Of a stretch of 64,000 nucleotides of DNA, positions 14,265 through 32,095 are shown piece after piece. Source of the stretch: the human T2T-CHM13v2.0 reference genome, Homo sapiens; NCBI RefSeq assembly GCF_009914755.1, contig NC_060942.1; one strand, written 5' to 3'. Position 1 is the first letter of the stretch; the number at the start of each line of letters is the position of its first letter. The position numbers and the translations under genes were made by a program. Under the pieces are notes generated by a model. It made no database searches. It was not told the origin of the DNA and was given only the letters and a program-made list of their open reading frames with translations.

Positions 14265-16249
14265 ATCCCTTTGATTCTGTGGTCTTATTTCCCTTGTGAT
14301 TTAAGTTCAATTCACATGGGATACTCATGTTCAGCTATTACAGATACATCAACTATAATAATGATAGAGAAACAATAGTGTATTATTATGTTATATATTA
14401 TTTTAAAAAATTCTTAATGTAAAACCCAGGAAACAAGTTCTTTTTGAAAGGTAATTAGCAAAATATGGCAAGGAAATTTTCCTTCATACATCACTGATCA
14501 CCGAGGTCTCAAAAGCAAGTATTTTACTCAAAAGTAATTCAGCTGCATTGATAATACTCTTCAGGTTTAAAAAATAATTTCTTCTTTGTATACATTTGCA
14601 AGAACTATTAAAAATATTCTATTCAAATGTGACAGATCTATTCAAGTGCTTTTGTGAAAAAATTTAGTAATACCTGTGATACATTAGAGATAATGGCTAA
14701 ATTTATATCAGCAAGAATATTTTGAGCCCTCATAGAATAAATCAATAAGAATTGCCGCATAAATGAATTTTGGAAGTACTGATTTGTTACTTAACTGTGT
14801 GACATATCATTATGGATTATTAGAAGTTCAAGATCTCAAATTATTCATGTAATATTAGCTGCATGACCTTCTTATAAATGTCTACTCAGATGAGTTTATT
14901 TTTTGCCTTGACCTTTGAATTCAGGATATGTTTGATGATAATTATTCTCTACATGACACTGAAGTTGAGGTGGTAGTTAAAAAATGAATATTAACTGCAC
15001 TAGCATATTCAGTTTTAGTACTAGCAAACTATTATTTTTGCCCTAACCAAGATTCTAAATATTTTTGAGAGTCAAACAATAGCAACAAGCATTAAGCTCG
15101 TCAGTAACATATGCATTTCAAGTAGAATAATTACTGATATCTGCTGTGACATTCAAACCACAAAATTTTATTGATTAAACACAATAGCGATGTATTTCTG
15201 ACTCACACAAAAGTCTACATGGGTTTGGCAACTTTCAAAGGGATTTAGATTATTTTAATTTGGGGGTTTTACCATCTCGTCATGTCATCCTGAGTCCTCT
15301 ACAGGCACTGTTAGAACACTGGATTTTTAACCCCTCAGCCCCAAAATGACAGCATCCCCATGTACAAACCATTGCCCAAATGGGTTGCATGACTGAAATC
15401 CAACTCCAAGGAAGTCTGGAGAAATGTAAGGGAGTGATTGGAATATTCAGTTACTGTGGTCTTTCCTATACTTATTCCTAATCTCTTTTTTCTTCTTTAC
15501 ACAGATCTTTTCAGATCACTTACCTTTTGTGGTTTTTATTTAACAGACACAAAAACAAGTAAACAGACAATTACACAGTTTATCTAGGTAACTGTCATGA
15601 TAGAAGTTTTAATAGCATGCAGAAAAGTAGAGGCAACTGGTTTGCCAATAGATAGGGAAGTTTACCTAGAGAAAATGTCATTTGAAATAAACTCAATTCT
15701 AATCTTACAGCTTGAACAGCTATGCCACTCTACTGCTGTGTGCCATAACTGCCCACTTAGATGCTTTTTATTCAAAACAACATTTAATATTGAATATCAA
15801 TTTATAAAGTATTCCTTTTCTCTTCAACTTTATTAAGGATACAAAATCAACTACAAAAATAAATATTGTTAAAATGTTTGTCCTACACAAAGCCATTGGC
15901 AGATTCAATGCAATTTCTATATAATATTATGAGACATCTTTGAAAAACTAAAACTATTTTTTAAATTTAGTTTTTGAGCTACTCTGTTATGTAGTTACTC
16001 TTATGCATAAATAGTTCTCTGCTTGTCCAAAAATAATATTAACTATTTAAAAATAATCAAGAATGACCAACAGAAATATTTAAAAGATTCAAGTGGAAAT
16101 GCAATTCTAATACATTCATACATAGTGATCCGATCTAGCTTTTATATTAATAATATGTAACAATATTGTTTGGATATCAGTTCAGCTGCTACAACTGAAT
16201 GGCCTGAAACAATAGTGCTGTAAAAAAAGGAACTGTTGTATCTATGCAA

Positions 16250-16710
16250 AAGAAATGAAAAAATATATATGTCTATAGGAAGACATGTACTCAAAAGTTC
16301 ACGGCTACTTTATTCATAATAGTCAAAAATAAATGTCCATCAACACTTGAAAAGACATATAAACCATACAATTGAGTACTCAGCAATAAAAAGGAACCAA
16401 CTACTGATACACAAAACAGCATGGATGAAACTGAAAATTATTGTGAAGAATAAAAGAAACCACAAAATCGCATACATACAAGGTACATGTATGTACATCA
16501 TACTCTATGATTCCATTTGTATGAAATGCAGACTAGTGCATAACAACAGAGGGCAAAACTGTGGTTGCCTATAGATGAAGGCAGAGTGTGGGGTAGAGGT
16601 CTAAGGAACATGAGGAATCTTTTGGGGATGATGGAACTATTCTGCACCTTGACTGCCATGGTGTTTTGATGGATGAACACATTTGTCAAACTCACTCAGT
16701 TGAATACTAT
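16250..16710 (+). mobile_element. Old L1M (MC/MD/ME) 3' fragment
   Basis: ctttattcataatagtcaaaa...aaaaggaaccaactactgatacac...ggggatgatggaactattctgcacctt. Confidence 0.65.
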
Positions 16711-17923
16711 AAATTTACTTGGTAAATTGTTCCTTCTATTTTGGGTGGATATTTTTGCCAAAGCATGTAGCACACTGCCTTTGCATTGTTTTGGCCATTG
16801 AATGTAGAACATGCCTCTCTTTCCGGTGAGACTCTGAGCTACCAGGTTGCAAGAATAGGGGCTAATGGCTTTTTGAACCTAATGTTATCTAGCATCTTAC
16901 AATATAATATTTGAATAATAGATACGTGTTATACTAGATGTTCAGGGATAGATAAGGCAAAACCCCTTTCGCTGAATAACTCAGAGATTTATGGCAGAAA
17001 GAGAAAAGGACATATACAACACACTGTAAGTTAAGTGCTGCTACTGTGGTCAGTGCGTGAATTGTGAAAGAGAGCAGACAGCAATAATTCTTCAAGGTTG
17101 AGTTAAAATTCCACTTCATTTGGAAAGCTTCAATGAGTGTTATAGGGAATTTTTTTTCTCTATTTTCAGTGTGTGTAGCAGTTAAAGATTATAGCATGTA
17201 TCTTCTTCTAATTAAATACTGTAAGTCAGGTCTTCATGTGTGTCTCCATGAATATGAGCTCATAGCGAGCTACAAGCTTCTTTATAATTCTTTGTGTCTC
17301 TAGAAAAGCACAGTGCATTTAGGTGATGTCCAGTAACTGTGTCTTACTGATGTCTACGTACTCTTGATGACAATAATGAGAATCCATTTTACTAAAAGAC
17401 TCCTATGCATTTGAAAGGCTAGTCTGCCAAAATGCATTATAAATAGCATGGTATATAAAAAGGTATATGAGGCTTAATGTCAGAATAATTACACTATGAT
17501 TAACCCTCATGTCTAGATTTAAGACAACTGTGAAAATCTCCTAGAGGAACCTGGCATTTGAATAAGCTTTTGTGGTATAATTATACTTAAGTAAATATTT
17601 TATATAAGATTGAAGCAGAGGAACTGTATTCAGTCATGAGTCTGTGGATTAAAATACCAACATCCCTGCACTAATTTTGAAATGCAAATAAAAATTATCA
17701 TTTTATAAGTAAAATTTACCGTGAATTATAAACTATATCAATTACATTCTGAATTATTTGGGAAAATTTTGACAACCTGAGAACAAAATACTTTATTGCA
17801 CCTCCTGATAAATTCAGTAATGGTGGTGATCCTTGTAGTCACATCTATGAGAAAAATTTCTGCAAGTTGCAAAGAGAGCATCTGAGATTCCAGAAATATA
17901 GCTGCAGTGAGTGTGTTGATTCT

Positions 17924-20258
17924 TGTATTAGTCCATTTTCATAATGCTATAAAGAAATACCTGAGACTGGGTAATTTATAAAGAAAAGAGGTTTAATAGA
18001 CTCACAATTTCACATGGCTGGGGAGGTCTTACAATCATGATAGAAGGAGAAGGAGGAGCAAAGTCATGTCTTACATGGCAGCAGGGAAGGGTGCATGTGC
18101 AGGGCAACTGCCCTTTATAAAACCATCAGATCTCATGAGACTTATTCACTATCACAAGAACAGCATGGGAAAAACTTTCCCCATTATTCAGTTCCCTCTC
18201 ACTGTGTCCCACCCATGACATGCAGATTATCAGAGCTACAATTCAAGGTGAGATTTGGGTGGGAACACCACCAAACCATATCATTTCACCCCTGCCCTCT
18301 CCCAAATCTATGTTCTCACATTTCAAAGCCAATCATGTCTTCCCAACAGTCCCTTAAAGTCTTAATTCATTTTTGCATCAACTCAAAAGTTCATAGTCCA
18401 AAGTCTCATCTGAGACAAGGCAAGTCTTTTCCACCTATGAGCCTTTAAAATCAAAAGCTAGTTAGTTAATTTTTAGATACAATGGGTGTACAGGCATTGG
18501 ATAAAAACACCCATTCCAAATGGGAGAAACTTGCCAAAATGTGGGGGCTACAGGCCCCAGGCAATCTGAAATCCAGCGGGACAGTCAAATCTTAAAGCTC
18601 CAAAATGATCTCCTTTGAGTCCATGTCTCACATGCAGGTCATGCTAATGAAAGTGGAGGGCTTCCATGGCCTTGGGCAGCTCTACCTCTGTGGCTTTACA
18701 GGGTACAGCCCCACTCCTGAGAGCTTACATGGACTGGTGTTGAGTGTCTGTAGCTGTTCCAGGCACACGGGGCAAGCTGTCAGTGGATCTACCCTTCTGT
18801 AGTTTAGAGGACAGTGGCCCTCTTCTCACAGCTCCACTAGAGAGTGCTTCAGTGGGGACTCTGTGGGAGCTCCCACTGCACATTTCCCTTCCATACTACC
18901 CTAGGTTCTCGATGAGAGCTTCGTCCTTGCAGCAAACTTCTGCCTGGACCTCCAGGCATTTCCATACATCCTCTGAAATCTAGGCAGAAGTTCCCAAACC
19001 TCAATTCTTGACTTAAACATACCCACAGGCTCAACACCACATGGCAGATGCCAAGGCTTGGGGCTTTCACCCTCTGAAGCCATGGTCTGAGCTGTACCTT
19101 GGCACCTTTTAGCAAATGCTGGAGAGGCTGGGATGCAGGGCACGAAGTCCCTAGGCTGCACACAGCAGGGGGGCCCTGGGCCTAGCTCACAAATCCATTT
19201 TTTATTCGTAGGCTTCCAGGCCTGTAAAGAGAGGGGCTGCCGTGAAGGTCTCTGACATGCCCTGGAAACATTTTTCCTACTGTCTTGGGGATTAACATTT
19301 GGCTCCCCATTACTTATGCAAATTTCTCCAGCTGGCTTGAATTTCTCCTCAGGAAATGGGTTTTTCTTTTCTATCAATTCAACAGGCTGCACATTTTCTG
19401 AACTTTTATGTTCTGTTTGTCTTTTAAACACAAGTTCCAACTCCAAACCATATCTTTGTGAATACATAAAACTGAATGCTTTTAACAGCACCCAAATAAA
19501 CTCTTGAATGCTTTGCTGCTTAGAAATTTCTTCCACCAGATACTCTAAATCATCTTTCTCAAGTTCAAATTTCCACAAATCTTTAGGGCAGGGGCAAAAT
19601 GCCACCAGTCTCTTTGCTAAAGCATAACAAGAGTCATCTTTGCTTCAGTTCCCAACCAGTTCCTTATCTCCATTTGCAACCACCTCAACCTGGACTTTAT
19701 TGTCTATATCACTACCAGCAGTTTGGTCAAAGCCATTCAGCAAGTCTCTTGGAAGTTCCAAACTTTCCCACATTTTCCTGTCTTCTTCTGAGCCCTCCAA
19801 ACTGTCCCAGCCTCTGCCTGTTACCCAGTTCCAATGTTGTTTCCACATTTTGGCATATCTTTATAGCAGCACCCCACTCCTGGTACCAATTTAGTGTATT
19901 AGTTCATTTACATACTTCTATCAAGAAATACCTGAGACTGGGTAATTTATAAAGAAAAAGAGGTTTAATGGACTCACAGTTCCACATGGCTGGGGAGGCC
20001 TCACAATCATGGCAGAAGGTGAAGGAGCAGCAAAGGTACATCTTACATCGTGGTAGGTAAGAGTGTGTGTGCAGGGGAACTTCCTTTTATAAAACCATCG
20101 TATCTCATGAGACATATTCATTATCATGAGAACAGCATGGGAAAAACCCACTGCATGATACAATTACTTCCCACTGGGTCCCACCCATGACATGTGGGGA
20201 TTATGGGAGCTACAATTCAAGATGAGATTTGGGTGGGGACACAGCCAAACCATATTCA
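17924..20258 (-). mobile_element. Full-length THE1 (C/D-like) MaLR: LTR 17924-18283, internal 18284-19894, LTR 19895-20258
   Basis: Two ~360 bp direct LTRs (tgtattag...ccaaaccatat), 1.6 kb THE1-int between them. Confidence 0.93.
18901..19848 (-). pseudogene. THE1-int gag-derived ORF remnant (234 aa piece plus 67 aa upstream piece)
   Basis: Translations WNWVTGRGWDSLEGSEEDRKMWESLELPRDLLN and AFCPCPKDLWKFELEKDDLEYLVEEISKQQSIQ are typical of the MaLR internal ORF. Confidence 0.75.
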
Positions 20259-22169
20259 TTTTTATGCTACTGTACCTCAGCTTCAAATACATCTTGATAC
20301 ACTTTGCTTTAGGATGCAAGAACCGGCCTCTTCAAACCACATTTCTTCTTTTACCAATACATAGAATCCCTTCTTTGAGCTTCTGCATAATATCATAAGT
20401 AGATATTTCAGTAAACATCTGTGTTCCTGCTTAAAAGGCATATCTTTCAAACTTGTAAATTCTAAAAATAAGCCAAACATTTACCTTTTATCCTTCCAAA
20501 CTTTTACAGATTTTTTGCTTTGTGCATTGCACCTGATGACTTTTTAATGTCTTATTTTTAACCTTTGCAGACCTCAAAAGCTGAATAACGTGTATGTATA
20601 TATGACATTCTTCCCTAAATTGTAAGACAACTGGTATGGTTTCAGTGTCCTAATTGGACCCTGCTTCATATAGCTAGGTAGGCATCTTGTACATGAATGT
20701 AGAGTGTGCTATTTGAGCTCTACTACCTACATTCAGTGGTTGCCAGACGAGTGGTTCAGTGATAAAGGCTGCAACATCAGGTGAGTGAGACATGGGTTCC
20801 AATCCTTTTTCTTCCTGTCACATGATCCTGGGTAAGTTATTTAACTTCTTGCACTTCTTGCATCCTTAACTCTCTAAATGTGTAATAAATGTGTTTAATG
20901 ATAATTAGATTGAAGATTTAATACAATTAGCAATTGTGGATGAAAACTCTGAGCACATAATTATTGGCAATCATCCCTTCTGCAGTTAGAAATTACTACT
21001 TCCTGTTTATCTATAGATTGTCTTTTGTGATTTCTACAATCCATTATTAGTCCTCTGTGATAATAAGTTGTAGGTTCCTGTTTGAACTCAGATAGAAACC
21101 CAAGCTTCCACCTGAATATCAGGAGAAGATTCCCTTCTGGGTTGCATAAGCCTTAGAAATGTCTCTATGATCCTACTGTACTGTGGCCATTGGTTTATTT
21201 CTTTTAAAATGAGATGGTGAGGTCCTTGTGGCCAGAGAAGATGTGTCATTGGCATATCTGTCAGTTTGCAATAGACTTTATCACTCCTAACTTAAATTAG
21301 CTGATATCCCTAGGCCTTAAATTAAAAGCCTGCACTTGACTGTAATGCGCCAGTTTAATTCAGGCCACATTCACCGTATGAAATGTTAGAGTTGGATAAT
21401 TTGAACTGCTAGGTTTTTGCTCAGCCTCTTTTCTGCCTCAGCCTCTGCTGTGTCTTTACTAGGCTAATAAGAAGCCAGAGGCATAAGGAAGCCCTTGAGC
21501 CAAGGACATCTTTCCAACTTGTCCAGTGGGTTTAGAGAAATAAGAGGTAATGTTAAAATTGGATTTTATATTAGTCACACTTTAATAGTCTATTGCTTTG
21601 AGTAAGTGAATACTCATTTACAGAAAAAAATATTTTCTTATCTTTGGATCTGGAAATCAAGTTTTGATTGGTCTAAAAGCCTCAATCGTTTTCTAAAAAA
21701 TCTTTAGTTCTATAGTGAGCATATAGTTGCCTTTCAAGAAACTTTGGAGGAAAGACAGGCTAGAAAGGGTAGAAGACAGAAATTTAATATTTTCATTTAA
21801 TTAAATAAATTAAAAGGCAGATGAAGGAAAGAAGGAAGGGAGGCAGGCAGGGAGTCTGGTATTTTTCTCCTGAAGATTGTTGTGTTTTGTTTTGTGTGTC
21901 TGTTTGTTTAGTAGCATGCCTGGGCTAAAGCAATGAAGTATACATTTTCTGTATAAGTAGCCATAAGTTTTTTTTTATTTGTATGTACTTTTATTTTTAC
22001 TTTTATGTAGGAATTTCTAGGGGTTAGCTAATGATCGGAAATAATTTGTGCTGAAATTAGTCCAGCCAGTAAGACTTCCATCCTCTGCTGACAGAACCTT
22101 TTGTGAGTAAGGGAAACATTAAAAAGTTAGGCTTCTTTTGAGTCTGCCTCCTGTATAACTTTCCTTACT

Positions 22170-23220
22170 TATTTTTTAAAATAAATGTGTTATTTTAGGG
22201 TATCTTTAGGTTTAAAGAAATGCTGCCAAGATAGTAAATGGAGTTCCTATATAATTCATACCTAGTTTCTTGTATTCTTGACATCTGACATTAATAGGGT
22301 ACATTGCTCATAATCAATAAGCTTACTATTGATGCATTATTAATAATTAAATTATTCACTTTGTTAAAATTTCCTCAGTTTTTACCCATTTCGGGATCTT
22401 GTACAAGACATCTCCTTTAACCATGAAGTCTCCTTTGGCTCCTCTATACCATGAGAGTTTCTCAGATTTTCCTTGTTTGGGATGACCTTGACCATTGTGA
22501 AGAGTACTGCTCGGCTATTTTATAGAACATCCTTCATGTTAGGTTTGCGTGGTGTTTTCCTTGTGGTTAAACATGGGGTTGTCAGTTCCAGAAGGAAGGC
22601 CATGGAATCAAGCACATTCTCCTCACCTCACACCACAGGTACATCCTAATGACAAGCCTTATCGCTGTTGATATTAAACTTTACCTCCTGGCTGAGGAAG
22701 TGCCTGACAGATCTATCCAGTGTGTGGCTACTCTTCTTCCTCCTTTCCACATTGCCCACTTTGGGAGAGAATCCTAACATGCAACTGACACTTAGGCAGT
22801 AGAGATTTGGGTCCCGCCACCTTGAGGGCAGAATGTCTACGTAAGCTATTAGGAATTCTCCGGCATGAGTGATGTATCTCTTCTCTCCCATTTATGTACT
22901 TAATTACAATTTATTCATCAGCATAGACTCACAGATACGTATTTTACATTTGGGGTTGCAACCCAAGAGTATTTTTTGTTGTGTTGCTCAAGTCGTCCTA
23001 GTTCTGCCTGTTAAAACCCCTTTCTGTGGGATCCTTTATTCGTGGACATAACCCCATTATTGTATTTTTTTCTTGAGCAACTCCTTTTTTTCTGGTACTA
23101 TAAGATGCTACAGGCTCATATTCTATGTTCTCTTCCCCAGCCCTAAAACAAGCCATTTCTGCAAGGATTCTTATTTCTCTTTTTAGAATGGTATTACAAA
23201 CTAACGTCTGAGCACTGAGT
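22170..23220 (-). mobile_element. L1MC-type 3' region fragment
   Basis: tttaggtttaaagaaatgctgccaagatagtaaatggagttcc... and tataagatgctacaggctcat resemble the antisense L1MC 3'UTR. Confidence 0.55.
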
Positions 23221-23659
23221 ACTCAGTGGCCCAGTTACCCTTCACTGGGCCCTTCCAGGTCTCGTCTGCTCATGCATTACACTTCAAAACCTTGAGGCCA
23301 TAAGCATGTGAATATCTTTGTCCCCCTTTGGTCTTGGCTGTTTATGTGCTCAGCTTCAGCCAAGACTTGCTTGCTCCAAGTGAGAAGGTGACCTCGGGCT
23401 AACAGAGCCTAGAATTTGGCCCTTCCTCTCTTGCCTGCCTCCAAGAAGTCACTGCCATGGACAGAGCTGCTGGGCATGGCCATCACCTTTTGTTGCCAAA
23501 TGAGCCAGCCCCTGATAACTATTGCAGAGAATCAGCTCTATTCACTGTTTGCCATGCCCTAGCAGAAACTTGGCACTGCCAAGCTGGGAGCAGGTGTGGA
23601 AGCACCCCCAGGCCAGAGTACCCTAAGCTCCCACTGCTCTTTCTAGATGCTCAGCATCT

Positions 23660-24262
<603 letters not shown>

Positions 24263-25950
24263 CTGCCACTTGGGCATTTAGATCCAGCAGATGCAATGGA
24301 GATACTGGTATTTTGTGGTAATGAGGAAGTGGTGTGGCATCTCTGGAAAGCCCAAACAGCAAAGCTAAAATGCAGACACTATGATTCTGGAGCTAGATAT
24401 ACAATGCCATCTTTAGCAGAGTACATTCCAAACCTTGCTTCTGGCAGACTATGAGGCCCTGAGAGAGAATAAGAGACTGAACTCCTCACCCCAGGGAGCC
24501 AAGCGACAGTGTAAGTGGAGCTGCTCGTCATCAGATGGTTACAGCTACACCCCTCAATATGACTTGATGGTCAGGCAGGCTACAGGAATCCCTCATGCAA
24601 GGGACATTGCACATTCAAAATCAGGCTTAAGCAGGCTGAAGGACAAAATGACATCACACAAAAAGGTAGTCCAAACCTTCATGCTATCTGCCCTTGTAGC
24701 ACTGATATTTTTCACTCAGCTCACCCCTCTGGCCCTATGGTGATGAGAAGGTTCTCTTCAATTGCCTGATAGAAAACACCTCGAGCCTCAATTAAGAATG
24801 GGATATAAGTAGCCATAGATAGATAGATAATTGCAGGTCAAAATGCACTGTATAGCATCAACTTTGCATTCAGAGGTGAGCCTGACAGATCTTGGTGAGG
24901 ACATCCTTCCCCTAGGCAAAGATGTTAGCAATACATATTGTCATCAGCTTCATATTTTGGGAGAAGGGACATGTGATAAGGAAAAAAAATCCACTCCTGG
25001 ACAGTGAGGAATGATTTGGCTGGGAATTCAGGAGCGTTCAAGGAGCAAGGTTGAAAGATTGGAGATATAAAGTTATGGAAAAGCGATGCGTGCATTCAGC
25101 AGCAGAGACTCAAGTTGATCCTTGATATGGCACCAATCCTGGAGGAGACCAGCTAGCCATGTGATGATAGTCTTTTTTGCCAGACACTTTCCACCTTACA
25201 GCAGGAAGTGTGTGTCCTCACGGAGAAGGAGTCATGTCCTGGGATTGCCTTCCTTCCCTGCAGTGGCAGAGCCAGCCACTGCACTATGCAGTGCTGTGTG
25301 CATACTCACAGATGGAAAATTGTCACAGAAACTCATCCAGCATCATTTAGACAAAGAAATCTGCTTTATGAAGAAGGTGGGGCTTTATGAGCAATGTCTT
25401 ATTAGATATAGAATATACTTTGACCCAACAGCCAGTAGAAGATAACAGAAAAAGCCTATTTGGGTAATTTGGGCTTCCTGTCCTCTCAACTTCAGGCTCT
25501 GGTTGAACAGGGGTCCTGGCTCCCTAAGAAGACATGCTGGTCCCAGGGACATAGAAAGTGACCCACAAAATTCAAAGTTATGGCCAGATCCGGTCATGCT
25601 GGGTTCCTCATGATAGTGGGCCATTAGGCAGAGAAAGAGTTAATATACTGCTGGGCAATTGACTGACATTTTGAAGAGGAGAGAGGTTTGCTCCTTCATG
25701 ATGGCAGCAGGGAGAAGTATCTGGAACTCAGCAGGTCCTTTGGGTACCTGCTGTGGGCTTCCAGTTCCAGAAATAACTGTAGATATGCAGTTGCTGCAAT
25801 GGTGGCCAACAACATAATAAACAGGTGCAGAAACCCTGAGGCACTGTTTCACTGTGCGAATAGCATCCATCAGCAAAGTGTTGGCTGAGGGTGAGAGTTA
25901 TGCAGAGTTAGTGAAGGAAGAATGAGAGGATGACTCTAAGATATGATCCT
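24263..25950 (+). pseudogene. Degenerate ERVL-class pol remnant (RT/RNase H linker and integrase)
   Basis: LPLGHLDPADAMEILV..VVWHLWKA, LLADYEALRENKRL and CVLTEKESCPGIAFLP resemble HERVL Pol LPLGPYDPADPMVLEV..AVWSLWQA, LLACYWALVETERL and FVLTGIDTYSGYGFAYP. Confidence 0.65.
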
Positions 25951-26160
25951 GAGATTAACTGGAACAGTGGGAAGCATAACTTGATCCGTTAACACTCTCT
26001 GGTGAGGCTTTTTTTTGTATCCAGCTACAAGGGTTTAGAAGACTCAGTGACAGTTAACCCTTAACTGGGTCTGAGTGTGTCAAGGGATGGTCGGGAGCAG
26101 ATGTGGTCTACGCTCTACCCAGGCTTTCAGCTCTGCAATGTGAGGGCACTGCTCTAATAG

Positions 26161-26568
<408 letters not shown>

Positions 26569-27488
26569 TGATAAATTTCCCATGAGATTCTATAATTATA
26601 TTAAATAATTTAAAAATGAGTCAAAGGGTTAAAAATGGCAGTTATCCTGCTGTTGTGTGTTTGTCTGAGTTTGGAATTGTCCCTATTTCTATGTGGTGTG
26701 CTTCCTTTTAGACTGTAAGATTCTGGACAGCCCAGAGTAATTCGGTTTTAAAATTAATACTCTTTAAATTAGCACTTGGTAGGTTATTTTCCATAATGAA
26801 TTTCCTAAAATCAAAACATGGCTGCTTCTGGCTTGAGATTCCCATTGTTTGCAAGCCTGGATCTTTATACTGGCTCATCCTAGAGTGAACATTAGAAAAT
26901 CAAATACCTTTCTGTGTCCGTAAACATCAATCAAACAACAAACGTGGTTTATCAGTATCATCGACTGTGTGTTTGGCTAACCGTGCATACAGAGTGGTTA
27001 TAAATTACTGGAGAGAAAAGATAAGTTGAGCATCATGAAGTCTTGTGGGTGACAAGGCAATGGAGAGAAGGTGTCTGTGGGCTGGGAGCTCAGTTAAACA
27101 TCCCCTCCGTTCGGGAGTGGGACAGCCCAGAGGCAGTAAGAAACAGGACAGAGAGTGTGCAGGGGAGCACCATACATGGCGGGGCAGCATGAGCACTGCT
27201 TTCGCGGTTACGATGTATAAGGTGCTCATTCACTCCACTGATGTGTATTACATAAGTCCTGTGAAAAAAAGAATGCACGGGTTGGAAACAATTTTACAGA
27301 CAAGTTCAACCAGTTTGGTACCTGTTTGCACGTTCTGAAGAGTATTCAATTCCTCTTGTACATCTTAAGATGCTTCAGCTTCAGAATCATGAAAGCTGAG
27401 CCTTTTATTTGATTCCACGGTATTGATGAATTTGACATGAAAATTCTATGAAATAGTATACTTTTAAGTAATCATTTCCAGTGATTTT

Positions 27489-27973
27489 ATGTATGTGTGT
27501 GTGTGTGTGTATATATATATGTGTGTGTATATATATATATATATGAGTATATATATATATAAGTATATGAGCCAATGGGTCTGGAGTGGATTTTTGTGTG
27601 TGTGTGTATATATATATATAATTATATATAATAATCACTTAGAATGTACTGATTTATATATAATATATACTACTACTAATATATGTATTACATATCATAT
27701 ATAATAATATGATTAATATATTAATAATTAACATAGTTTAATACAATAGGTATATATTATATATATAATATATGTATATAATAATGTATGTAATATATGC
27801 ATATAAGATATGTTACACACATTATTTATAACATATGTGTAAAATAGCATATATTATAATACATAACATAATTTACATAACAATATATATAAATCAGTTC
27901 ATTCTAAGTGATTATTTCATCATATAATTTGTAGTCAATTATTTTATATATGTGACAAATATATATATATATA
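27489..27973. repeat. (TG)n/(TA)n low-complexity AT-rich tract containing a 33-bp-arm inverted repeat
   Basis: Direct reading; arms 27630-27662 and 27884-27916. Confidence 0.9.
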
Positions 27974-28203
27974 TTTTTTTTTTAATGTTTTTTTTTTTAT
28001 TATACTCTAAGTTTTAGGGTACATGTGCACATTGTGCAGGTTAGTTACATATGTATACATGTGCCATGCTGGTGCGCTGCACCCACTAACGTGTCATCTA
28101 GCATTAGGTATATCTCCCAATGCTATCCCTCCCCCCTCCCCCGACCCCACCACAGTCCCCAGAGTGTGATATTCCCCTTCCTGTGTCCATGTGATCTCAT
28201 TGT

Positions 28204-32032
<3,829 letters not shown>

Positions 32033-32095
32033 TATGATGTTAGCTGGTGATTTTGCTCTTTAGTTGATGCAGTTTCTTCCTAGTCTCGATGGTCT

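Noticed and set aside
15485-15530. Plus-strand acceptor-like tract and minus-strand AAG/GTAAGT donor
   Set aside because: No matching partner site identified; such motifs are frequent by chance
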